This document shows, in pieces, positions 1 to 7,519 of a DNA stretch of 64,000 nucleotides; the stretch's first letter is position 1; the number at the start of each line of letters is the position of its first letter. The notes under the pieces were generated by a model that saw only the letters and a list, made by a program, of their open reading frames with translations, was not told where the DNA came from and made no database searches. This stretch comes from an uncultured bacterium (lineage in GTDB: Bacteria; Patescibacteriota; Patescibacteriia; Magasanikbacterales; UBA922), in NCBI GenBank assembly GCA_937861125.1, contig CALMAY010000037.1:68941-132940 (forward strand). Reading direction: 5' to 3'. The position numbers and the translations under genes were made by a program.

Positions 1-1
1 G

Positions 2-74
2 AGCGGCAGACCAGATTTGAACTGGCGACCTCTTCCTTGGCAAGGAAGCGTTCTACCAACTGAACTACTACCGC
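2..74 (-). tRNA. tRNA-Gly (anticodon GCC)
   Basis: The reverse complement folds as a cloverleaf. Acceptor is GCGGTAG/CTGCCGC, anticodon arm is CTTCC-TTGCCAA-GGAAG, T-loop is GTTCAAATC. No CCA is encoded. Confidence 0.85.
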
Positions 75-90
75 ATAGTTTACTACCTAG

Positions 91-164
91 TTGCGGGGGT
101 TGGATTTGAACCAACGGCCTTCGGGTTATGAGCCCGACGAGCTGCCAGGCTGCTCTACCCCGCT
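91..164 (-). tRNA. tRNA-Met, initiator type (anticodon CAU)
   Basis: Anticodon arm is TCGGG-CTCATAA-CCCGA, with three consecutive G:C pairs next to the loop (initiator hallmark). There is a 1:72 mismatch, here A1/A72. T-arm is GTTGG-TTCAAAT-CCAAC. Confidence 0.8.
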
Positions 165-182
165 GTCATATATTTGGTTGTG

Positions 183-254
183 AGCGGGCGAACGGAATCG
201 AACCGTCATCTCCAGTTTGGAAAACTGGAATAATAACCACTATACGACGCCCGC
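183..254 (-). tRNA. tRNA-Gly (anticodon UCC)
   Basis: Acceptor is GCGGGCG/CGCCCGC, anticodon arm is CCAGT-TTTCCAA-ACTGG, T-loop is GGTTCGATTCC. The D-stem is weak. Confidence 0.8.
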
Positions 255-304
255 ATAGCGCATCTCACGTACGAACAGTAGCTTACACGATTTACAAAAA
301 AATG

Positions 305-700
305 TCAATTATGTGCGCCGTGATCATTCCACATCAAAAGAAGTAAGGCAAGTATTGTAACAAAAACACCTTGCCACCACCACCCAAGCCCAACAGCCAT
401 ACCAACAGCAGACATAAGCCACAGACCGGCGGCTGTCGTAAGCCCTTCTATATCACCTTCTTTATGCATAATCATACCAGCACCAATAAACCCAATACCC
501 GTCAACACTGCCGCTGCCACACGATCATCACCGCCCATTTGTGTTGACATCAGCGTAAAAAGTGTCGCAGCCATTGTCACAAGTGCATAGGTGCGAGGAC
601 CCGCTTTTTTTCCTGCATGAAGACGCTGTATCCCTGCCACCAACCCAAGCGTCATAGACAATACAATTGAAAAAAGAAAAAATAATATTTCAACAAACAT
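305..700 (-). CDS. MgtC/SapB family membrane protein
   Basis: 131 aa and hydrophobic. It carries the motif GIGFIGAGMIMH...GLTTAAGLW typical of the MgtC family. Confidence 0.75.
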   Translation of the reverse strand: MFVEILFFLFSIVLSMTLGLVAGIQRLHAGKKAGPRTYALVTMAATLFTLMSTQMGGDDRVAAAVLTGIGFIGAGMIMHKEGDIEGLTTAAGLWLMSAVGMAVGLGWWWQGVFVTILALLLLMWNDHGAHN

Positions 701-780
701 ATGTAATAAAAAACAACTTGTCTCACTTTATATATATACTGTATAGTATAGTATATACTTTTTTTACATTTGTGTCTTGT

Positions 781-2016
781 ATGCGACATACCCTCTCACT
801 AGGACAACGCCAAATCCCAAAGATTGCTGTATTTATATTACCAATATCACTAATACTGCTCGCTGATTCTATCATGTCATATCTCTTTCCAGTCTTTACC
901 GAAAAAACATTGACATCCAATACACAGATGGGTCTCGTAATGGGTTTTTCATCACTTGTTGGTTTTTTATTTGACCTCATTACTCCAAAAATTTTTTCAA
1001 AACGATCTTGGGGACTCATGATAACATGCACGATCGTATCAGCAATATTTTTTCCACTATCAACATATATAGGAATACAAACATCTCATATCGCATGGTT
1101 CTTTTTTGCTGCCGCTATCTGGGGCGTCTATTTTGAATTTCTCTTTTTTTCTGCACAAGATTTTATCGTCTCAGAAGAACCCAAACGTTTTTTCCAAAAA
1201 GATCAAGGACTACTTTCTTCAATATGGCAACTGACATCAATTATTGGACCTATTATCGGAGGGCTCTTACTGAGTACTTCTCTTACGCAATTTGTGGTAG
1301 TAGTTATCACACTTCAACTAGTTGCATATGGTATCTACATCATCTTTTTTCCACATGAAACGTATAAAGAAGTGCAGCGAGAAAGAAACAACACAAACAC
1401 ACCCTCACTTTCTCTAAAAGACACTATTAACCACATGCATGGCTATCTGACACGCCTATTACCACTTGTTATTCTTGGTTTTAGCAATTCATTTATTAGT
1501 AGTTTCTTTTTTACTGTTGGCGGACTTTTTGGAATGCAGGTAGCAACCAGCATTCTCCCAGATTGGTTTTTACTTATTACTTTTAGTTTCTTTGGTATTA
1601 TTGCTACACTACTTGGACCCCACCTCCCATTACAAACGTCCAAACACTTTCTTGCAATCCGCTTTCTTGGGCTAAGTGGACTTCTCCTTTTGTGTTTTGG
1701 ATTGGTACACGACTCACTTGTGATATATAGTCTCACCGCGCTCCTTGGATTCTTTCTTTTATCAAGTTACTTTATTGTCGATATTACATACGAAGAAATA
1801 AGCAGGCTTGCAGGAAAAGATGAACTATACATATTTAGTATTGCTCGTGTTGCTACCTCTGTCGCATTTATTCTCGGACCTATCCTGGCTGGATACACAA
1901 GCGATCTCCTTGGATATCAATATGCAGCAAGTGTATTTGGTGGTATTATTCTATGTATCACAATCATTCTGTTTCGAATTACTCCATCATCATTTTCTCT
2001 CAAAACAAATATATAA
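781..2016 (+). CDS. Multi-pass membrane transporter, MFS-like
   Basis: Long hydrophobic ORF. Start moved to ATG 781 (MRHTLSLGQ) because the 667 start overlaps the divergent MgtC gene. There are about 12 hydrophobic segments. Confidence 0.55.
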   Translation: MRHTLSLGQRQIPKIAVFILPISLILLADSIMSYLFPVFTEKTLTSNTQMGLVMGFSSLVGFLFDLITPKIFSKRSWGLMITCTIVSAIFFPLSTYIGIQTSHIAWFFFAAAIWGVYFEFLFFSAQDFIVSEEPKRFFQKDQGLLSSIWQLTSIIGPIIGGLLLSTSLTQFVVVVITLQLVAYGIYIIFFPHETYKEVQRERNNTNTPSLSLKDTINHMHGYLTRLLPLVILGFSNSFISSFFFTVGGLFGMQVATSILPDWFLLITFSFFGIIATLLGPHLPLQTSKHFLAIRFLGLSGLLLLCFGLVHDSLVIYSLTALLGFFLLSSYFIVDITYEEISRLAGKDELYIFSIARVATSVAFILGPILAGYTSDLLGYQYAASVFGGIILCITIILFRITPSSFSLKTNI

Positions 2017-2021
2017 ACACT

Positions 2022-3029
2022 ATGTCAGAATCACACCTTGCACATATCGTCACACACAAACACCAACTCGATCTTCGATTTGAAATCCTCCGATGGACTC
2101 GGGAATACTTTTGGTTAAACGGATTTACAGAGATAGAAACACCACTCCTCCTCCGTCTCCCTGGACAAGAACCATACCTCTCACCCATGCGCGTCACACT
2201 CCACAATGAAACAGGTAAGGAATATCTCGGATATCTGCACACCTCACCAGAATACACAATGAAAAAAATGTTAGCAGCAGGATATACAAAAATATTTTCA
2301 CTTGGAAAAGTATTTCGTGATTATGAAAGTTTTGGCGGTACACACAATCCTGAATTTACCATGATTGAGTGGTACCAAGCGAATGCAGATATGTACACGA
2401 TTATGGATGATGTAGAGGGACTTTTACAATATCTTGCAAAAGCAATTTCAAAGCACCAAGACACACACACCAACGTAATCACACCCTCTCGCTCACACAT
2501 GCGTGAACTGTGGAGTGAGTATGCGAATATCAATCTTGATCTCAATCTCACCCAAGAAACACTCTACAAAACATTGAAACAACGTGGACTCAACGTCACA
2601 CCCGACGAACCGTACGAAGATTTGTTCTACCGTATTTTCCTCAACGAAATCGAACCACACCTAGGCAAAAATGGCCCACAAATTGTACACCACTACCCAC
2701 ATCCAATGGCTGCCCTCTCCAAACATTCCACAGTCGATATCGGGTACGCAGAACGATTTGAAGTCTATTGGAACGGCATGGAACTCGGCAATGCCTTTAG
2801 TGAACTCACCGACCCGGTCGAGCAAAAAAACCGCCTAGTCGAAGAACAAAAACAACGCAAAAAGGCAGGAAAAGATGTCTATGACATCGATCAAGAGTTC
2901 ACCGACGCTCTCGAGCATATGCCACCATCAGGCGGTATTGCGATGGGTATCGACCGCATCGTCTCATGTCTGACATCTTGCCAAAAGATAGATGATATGC
3001 TAGTATTACCGGCATCGCTGCTCTTTTGA
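2022..3029 (+). CDS. epmA: EF-P lysine ligase (EpmA/PoxA/GenX, truncated class II LysRS paralog)
   Basis: Class II aaRS motifs are present: FRDYESFGGTHNPEFTMIEWY, ERFEVYWNGMELGNAFSEL, GGIAMGIDR. There is no anticodon-binding domain. It lies immediately upstream of efp. Confidence 0.8.
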   Translation: MSESHLAHIVTHKHQLDLRFEILRWTREYFWLNGFTEIETPLLLRLPGQEPYLSPMRVTLHNETGKEYLGYLHTSPEYTMKKMLAAGYTKIFSLGKVFRDYESFGGTHNPEFTMIEWYQANADMYTIMDDVEGLLQYLAKAISKHQDTHTNVITPSRSHMRELWSEYANINLDLNLTQETLYKTLKQRGLNVTPDEPYEDLFYRIFLNEIEPHLGKNGPQIVHHYPHPMAALSKHSTVDIGYAERFEVYWNGMELGNAFSELTDPVEQKNRLVEEQKQRKKAGKDVYDIDQEFTDALEHMPPSGGIAMGIDRIVSCLTSCQKIDDMLVLPASLLF

Positions 3030-3110
3030 TTGAGCAGAAGCTCCAATTAACAAATTCCAGTCTCAAACGTATTTTGAAACTGGCAACTGAATACTTGAAA
3101 CTATTATTAT

Positions 3111-3680
3111 ATGGGAGACACTACAGACATTCGCAAAGGTGCGGTCATCCGCCACAACAACGACCTCTACGTCGTCACTTTTTGCCAATTCGTCAATCCA
3201 GGCAAAGGAACAGCATTTACCAAAACAAAACTCAAAGGAATCAGTAATGGCAAAGGAACTGAAATAACATATAAAAGTGGTGAAACAGTAGACGTCGTCG
3301 ACGTATATCGCAAATCAATGCAGTACCTATACAAAGGTGATATTTCTTATTCTTTCATGGATCAAGAAACGTTTGAAACAGTAGAAATTGATGCAGACAT
3401 CGTCGGTGATGATGGGCAGTACCTCAAAGAAGGACTTGATGTCGTCGTCGCACTTCATGACGGTCGCGCAGTCGCCATTGAGCTCCCAAAGAAAATCACC
3501 TACACTGTCATCGAAGCAGCTCCGGCTGTAAAGGGTGATACCGCAGGTGGCAACGTCACCAAAGAGGTCAAGCTCGACAACGGACTGATGATGCACGTAC
3601 CAATCTTTATTACTGAGGGTGAGAACATCACTGTGAACACTGAAACTGGTGAGTACGGTGGACGTGCAATTGAAGACTAA
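3111..3680 (+). CDS. efp: Translation elongation factor P
   Basis: 189 aa. N-terminus reads IRKGAVIRHNNDLYVV...NPGKGTAFTKTKLK, with the conserved Lys loop. Confidence 0.95.
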   Translation: MGDTTDIRKGAVIRHNNDLYVVTFCQFVNPGKGTAFTKTKLKGISNGKGTEITYKSGETVDVVDVYRKSMQYLYKGDISYSFMDQETFETVEIDADIVGDDGQYLKEGLDVVVALHDGRAVAIELPKKITYTVIEAAPAVKGDTAGGNVTKEVKLDNGLMMHVPIFITEGENITVNTETGEYGGRAIED

Positions 3681-3713
3681 TTGAAAAATTCAAAACACCA
3701 AGAAACAAGATAC

Positions 3714-3743
3714 AAAAAATCCGCTGATGAGGCGGGTTTTTTG
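3714..3743 (+). terminator. Intrinsic terminator after efp
   Basis: A-run, then hairpin CCGC-tgatgag-GCGG(G), then a T6 run. Confidence 0.65.
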
Positions 3744-3758
3744 TCCTCTGCACAGGCA

Positions 3759-3786
3759 TTGACAACTCTCTCTTTACTAAGATAAG
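3759..3786 (+). promoter_or_regulatory. Cassette promoter P1 (decayed copy)
   Basis: CATTGACA followed by (CT)4 TTTAC TAAGAT. It aligns with P2-P4, but the -35/-10 spacer is only 13 nt. Confidence 0.35.
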
Positions 3787-3824
3787 CTTGTGTTCATCTG
3801 TTTCACAAGAACAAAGGAAGGAAA

Positions 3825-3911
3825 ATGGAAGATATCTGGACTACACTCAAACTCGTACTTTTGCTTTTTTTCATTCTTGCTGTATGGTCAGCAATCAGAG
3901 CAGGAGACTAG
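3825..3911 (+). CDS. 28-aa hydrophobic peptide (MEDIWTTLKLVLLLFFILAVWSAIRAGD)
   Basis: The ATG is preceded by AAAGGAAGGAAA. One TM-like segment. It sits between cassette promoter P1 and terminator T1 and is below the ORF-track cutoff. Confidence 0.45.
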   Translation: MEDIWTTLKLVLLLFFILAVWSAIRAGD

Positions 3912-3931
3912 TACGAGAAGGGCATGAACAG

Positions 3932-4004
3932 CCGTTCGACCCTCGCGCATAGTTTCCAAAATTATTGGTTACTGTGTGGGAGGATTTGGTCGAGCGGTTT
4001 TTTT
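3932..4004 (+). terminator. Conserved bulged terminator hairpin T1
   Basis: Lower stem is CCGTTCGACC/GGTCGAGCGG, upper stem is CTCGCGCA/TGTGGGAG, with a 3'-side bulge GATTT and a T7 run. Confidence 0.75.
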
Positions 4005-4026
4005 GTTATTTATCCACTTCTAGGCA

Positions 4027-4055
4027 TTGACAACTCTCTCTCTCTTTGCTAGAAT
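4027..4055 (+). promoter_or_regulatory. Cassette promoter P2
   Basis: TTGACA (4027-4032), a 17-nt spacer made of A(CT)6TTGC, then TAGAAT (4050-4055). Confidence 0.7.
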
Positions 4056-4082
4056 GAGTTTTCCTTCAACCACCAGGTAAAC

Positions 4083-4175
4083 ATGATAGCAGCCATCATC
4101 ATCGCCTACTCAGTAGGCTTCGGATCCGGGCTGCTGCTCGGATTTGGGATTTGTTTAATTTTTGTCAAAAGATGA
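4083..4175 (+). CDS. 30-aa hydrophobic peptide (MIAAIIIAYSVGFGSGLLLGFGICLIFVKR)
   Basis: Short ORF between P2 and T2. The RBS is weak. A G8 tract (4180-4187) follows the stop. Confidence 0.4.
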   Translation: MIAAIIIAYSVGFGSGLLLGFGICLIFVKR

Positions 4176-4196
4176 GGCAGGGGGGGGAACGAACAA

Positions 4197-4269
4197 CTGC
4201 TCGACCCTCACGCAATATATTCAATATCTGTTGAGTGTGCTGCGGGAGGATTTGGTCGAGCGGTTTTTT
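4197..4269 (+). terminator. Conserved bulged terminator hairpin T2
   Basis: Lower stem is CTGCTCGACC/GGTCGAGCGG, upper stem is CTCACGCA/TGCGGGAG, with bulge GATTT and a T6 run. Confidence 0.75.
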
Positions 4270-4273
4270 GTTT

Positions 4274-4591
4274 CTACAAACTCAACACAAAAAACACCAC
4301 CGCCACCTGCATACAAAAAATAAGAAGAAAAATGGTTTGGAACGAACCTTTTTTTGTTTTGTGACGAAAGAATTTCATCGCCGTAAGTGCTCCAAGCGAT
4401 CCACCGACGAGAGAAAGAAACCACAGCACTTTTTCTGGTGTGCGACGTGTTTGGAGTTGCGCTTGGAGTTTATCAAGACCGAACCAAAAGAATGTCAGCA
4501 CGTTGATTGATGCGAAATAAATAATAGCAATTTGGTGCGTTAACGGAAGTTCAAAAAACATATACAACTTTTGACTATTAACAATTGACAA
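4274..4591 (-). CDS. DUF1294 family membrane protein
   Basis: Motifs RRTPEKVLWFLSLVGGSLGA and FRHKTKKGSF. The start may instead be Met11 (4561). Confidence 0.7.
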   Translation of the reverse strand: MSIVNSQKLYMFFELPLTHQIAIIYFASINVLTFFWFGLDKLQAQLQTRRTPEKVLWFLSLVGGSLGALTAMKFFRHKTKKGSFQTIFLLIFCMQVAVVFFVLSL

Positions 4592-4638
4592 TTAACTACT
4601 GATATTTGGGTTAATTGTCACAAGTCAATTGTTAATTG

Positions 4639-5046
4639 TTACAATATCCCAAATACAAACGTCACCAACGAATAACTCCCAAGCAACGCCGTAATCCCAA
4701 TCCCTGCCCACAGCATCATTCCAAGAGCCTCTTTTTGCACGTCTTCTTCACCTTGTGACAACATAAATCGAACACCTGCATATATGATAATACACAACGC
4801 CAGCGCACCCAAAAACCCAAGAGCATACCCAATACTACGCCCAATCAAAGTCTGTACTTGCGTAGTACCATCACCACGAATTCCTGTCTTATTGAGTCCA
4901 GCCAATTCATTAGTAGGAAAGTTTTGAATTACTTCAAGCGTTGGAGTCGCCGTCTCAGCAAACACAACGTTTGGAGCGAAAATAAAAACAAAAATGAAAC
5001 AAAAATGAAACAAAAAAATAATATAGTTATTGTTTAATTTACGCAT
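4639..5046 (-). CDS. Small secreted membrane protein with TrbC/VirB2-like (T4SS-pilin-like) architecture
   Basis: Start moved to MRKLNNN. It has a signal-like N-terminus ending VVFAE, then two C-terminal hydrophobic helices (IGYALGFLGALALCIIIYAG / LWAGIGITALLGSY). The family assignment is not verified. Confidence 0.45.
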   Translation of the reverse strand: MRKLNNNYIIFLFHFCFIFVFIFAPNVVFAETATPTLEVIQNFPTNELAGLNKTGIRGDGTTQVQTLIGRSIGYALGFLGALALCIIIYAGVRFMLSQGEEDVQKEALGMMLWAGIGITALLGSYSLVTFVFGIL

Positions 5047-5114
5047 ACTTTTTGTTTTATTTAACCTACAACTACTTTGTCTAAAACAAGTCAAATGTAC
5101 CCAAAAACTAGATA

Positions 5115-5675
5115 TCAACTCTGCGTTCCAGGTTGTGCATAATGATACTTTCGATCTTCATGGGAGAGACGGATCAGATCTTCACGAATTGTATTTGGGT
5201 GTCGGACAGTATGAAAAACGATATCAATATTTTGTGACGCTGTCTTGATCTCTACATCACCATAATGCAAGACGGATGGAATAAATCCATGCACCTCACT
5301 CGTCACATCTTGAATACGAAATAAATCAAGCTCCGCAATAGTACGAGAAAAAATATTGTACTGTTCAATATCAATAATACGATCATTGGTCACAATCCAT
5401 ATATCAAGATAATACGCGATAAACTGAGCAAAAAATAATATACTGATACTCAATACATACATCGCCCCAAACAACACCCCTACAGCAAACCAACGCGGAT
5501 CAGCAGAAATATCAAATACAAACATGTCAACCATACCATATACTACAAACGGCACAGCATACAACACAACAAACAAAAGACACACTGGCAAAAAAACAAT
5601 CGGATGACGTCGTAGAACGTATACTATATGCTCGTATGATTTTTGCTTGATGAGCTGCGAGATCAACATACACAA
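5115..5675 (-). CDS. Membrane protein with bacterial PH (bPH_2/YdbT-like) domain
   Basis: Two N-terminal TM helices followed by a roughly 90-aa domain (VTNDRIIDIEQ...LFRIQDVTSE...GDVEIKTAS). Confidence 0.5.
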   Translation of the reverse strand: MCMLISQLIKQKSYEHIVYVLRRHPIVFLPVCLLFVVLYAVPFVVYGMVDMFVFDISADPRWFAVGVLFGAMYVLSISILFFAQFIAYYLDIWIVTNDRIIDIEQYNIFSRTIAELDLFRIQDVTSEVHGFIPSVLHYGDVEIKTASQNIDIVFHTVRHPNTIREDLIRLSHEDRKYHYAQPGTQS

Positions 5676-5954
5676 TTATTCCACAAATGGTGCTGGCGCC
5701 CCACTAGTACCAAAAAAAGCTGGGAGTGTTATCTGAAACACCTCAGTTCTCCAAGAGATATCCCCAAGTAGATACCATACACCATACAAAGTGAACGCAA
5801 TCACAGCAAAGATAAAAAACGTAAAAATAAAACTAGATAACGTAAGCGATGCGCCGCTCACTAGATGATACAGTATCAGGCCAAACAATATTGCTGTAAT
5901 AAGAACAACTCCAAAAAAGAGAAATAGAAAAATATACAAAGGAATAGTTATCAT
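5676..5954 (-). CDS. Hypothetical 3-TM small membrane protein
   Basis: 92 aa and strongly hydrophobic. It abuts the downstream gene with no gap. Confidence 0.5.
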   Translation of the reverse strand: MITIPLYIFLFLFFGVVLITAILFGLILYHLVSGASLTLSSFIFTFFIFAVIAFTLYGVWYLLGDISWRTEVFQITLPAFFGTSGAPAPFVE

Positions 5955-5963
5955 ACAAATGTA

Positions 5964-6995
5964 TTATACCAAACCAACACCGGACTTGCCTATATGTTGA
6001 TATGCTTTACTTGTTGCTTTGCGCCCACGGGGTGTACGCTCAAGCATACCAATTTGAAGTAGATATGGTTCGTAGACTGTCTCGACTGTTTCCATGTCCT
6101 CTGCGATAGCTGCAGAGAGCGTATTGAGTCCCACTGGTCCACCAGAAAAATTCTCTATCAACGCACGTAAAATCTTACGATCAACACTATCAAGACCGAA
6201 CTGATCAATCGAAAGCATAGTGAGCGCCTCATTGGCGACATCGATAGTAATAAGACCATTATTTTTCACCTGCGCAAAATCACGGACACGACGAAGGAGA
6301 CGATTGGCGACACGAGGGGTACTGCGTGCACGAGTCGCGATGACGCGCTTCGCTTCATCGTGAAGCTCGGCAGTCAAAAGCGCTGCATTGCGCGCGACGA
6401 TATGTGCCATCTCATCAGGTTCATAAAAACTCAAATGATAGACATGGCCAAACCGATCACGCAATGGTCCTGAAAGAAGATTAAGTTTGGTTGTTGCGCC
6501 AATGAGAGTAAATTTCTCCAGCGGGATACGCAGTGTCCGAGCCGCTGGCCCCTTGCCCACAATGATATCGAGTGCAAAATCTTCCATTGCGCTATAAAGC
6601 ACCTCCTCAATCGTCTTATTCATCCGATGAATCTCGTCAATAAAAAGCACATCACCACGAGAGAGATTGGAGAGAATCGCAGCTAGGTCACCCACCTTTT
6701 CAAGCGCTGGACCTGAAGTCAACTTAATATTAACCCCCATTTCACGGGCGATGATGTGTGCCAATGTCGTCTTACCTAGTCCCGGATTTCCGTAGAGTAA
6801 AATATGTTCCATTGGTTCTCCACGAGCTTGACTCGCGGCAATAGAGATAGAAAGCGGTTCCTTGATCGCCTTTTGACCCACAAAATCCGCCAATCGCTCT
6901 GGGCGCAGGGTAATTTCGATCGTTTCTTCTCCGTCTGTCTGTTCTGGTTCTACAAGGCGTGAAGTATCAAATTGTTCCAGATCTTCTTCATTCAT
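5964..6995 (-). CDS. ruvB: Holliday junction branch-migration helicase RuvB
   Basis: Walker [20 protein letters not shown], and the C-terminal winged helix. Start moved to MNEEDLEQ. Confidence 0.95.
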   Translation of the reverse strand: MNEEDLEQFDTSRLVEPEQTDGEETIEITLRPERLADFVGQKAIKEPLSISIAASQARGEPMEHILLYGNPGLGKTTLAHIIAREMGVNIKLTSGPALEKVGDLAAILSNLSRGDVLFIDEIHRMNKTIEEVLYSAMEDFALDIIVGKGPAARTLRIPLEKFTLIGATTKLNLLSGPLRDRFGHVYHLSFYEPDEMAHIVARNAALLTAELHDEAKRVIATRARSTPRVANRLLRRVRDFAQVKNNGLITIDVANEALTMLSIDQFGLDSVDRKILRALIENFSGGPVGLNTLSAAIAEDMETVETVYEPYLLQIGMLERTPRGRKATSKAYQHIGKSGVGLV

Positions 6996-7259
6996 AGTGA
7001 CTCTATTGTACGGGGTTATGAGGAAAGAGTAAAGCTGGCTAAAGGTTCTGAAGGTACTAAAGATGCTCATGGTGCTGCCCACGAAAATATCGCTAGAAAC
7101 ATCAGTATCTTTGAATACCTTTAGAAGCCTTATACAACAAACAATCCCCCATTGTGCATAACATATGTGGATAACTTTTGCATAACTTTTCTATATATCA
7201 GTCCCTTACATATATTCTGTCCTACACTCAGCCAAAAACATCTTCACATTACCCAGATT

Positions 7260-7288
7260 TTGCGGTCATTTTTTATTCATGCTATACT
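7260..7288 (+). promoter_or_regulatory. Putative nrdAB promoter
   Basis: TTGCGG (7260-7265), 17-nt spacer, TGC-TATACT (7283-7288). Confidence 0.5.
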
Positions 7289-7306
7289 GCTTGCATGCCT
7301 GTCAAA

Positions 7307-7354
7307 ATACTATATGTAGTGGTGTATATAAAAAAAAGCCACAACATATAGCAA
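7307..7354. promoter_or_regulatory. Tandem NrdR-box-like operators
   Basis: ATACTATATGTAGTGG (7307-7322) and CCACAACATATAGCAA (7339-7354). Both resemble the acaCwAtATaTwGtgt consensus, start 32 bp apart, and lie upstream of nrdA. Confidence 0.55.
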
Positions 7355-7519
7355 AATACCAAAAAGAAGACAGACGCCATTTTTTCCTTCAGGCGTTCTT
7401 TTTATCCCCAAACCAATTTGATTTTTTATTCCTAATACTGCCCACCACGCACGCACGTGGCAGGTGGTACCAAGAATAAAATTATTTATCTTTATTTACT
7501 CACTCATAGAGTTTGTCCT

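Noticed and set aside
128-346. 72-aa plus-strand ORF.
   Set aside because: It lies entirely antisense to two well-formed tRNA genes, so it is a spurious frame.
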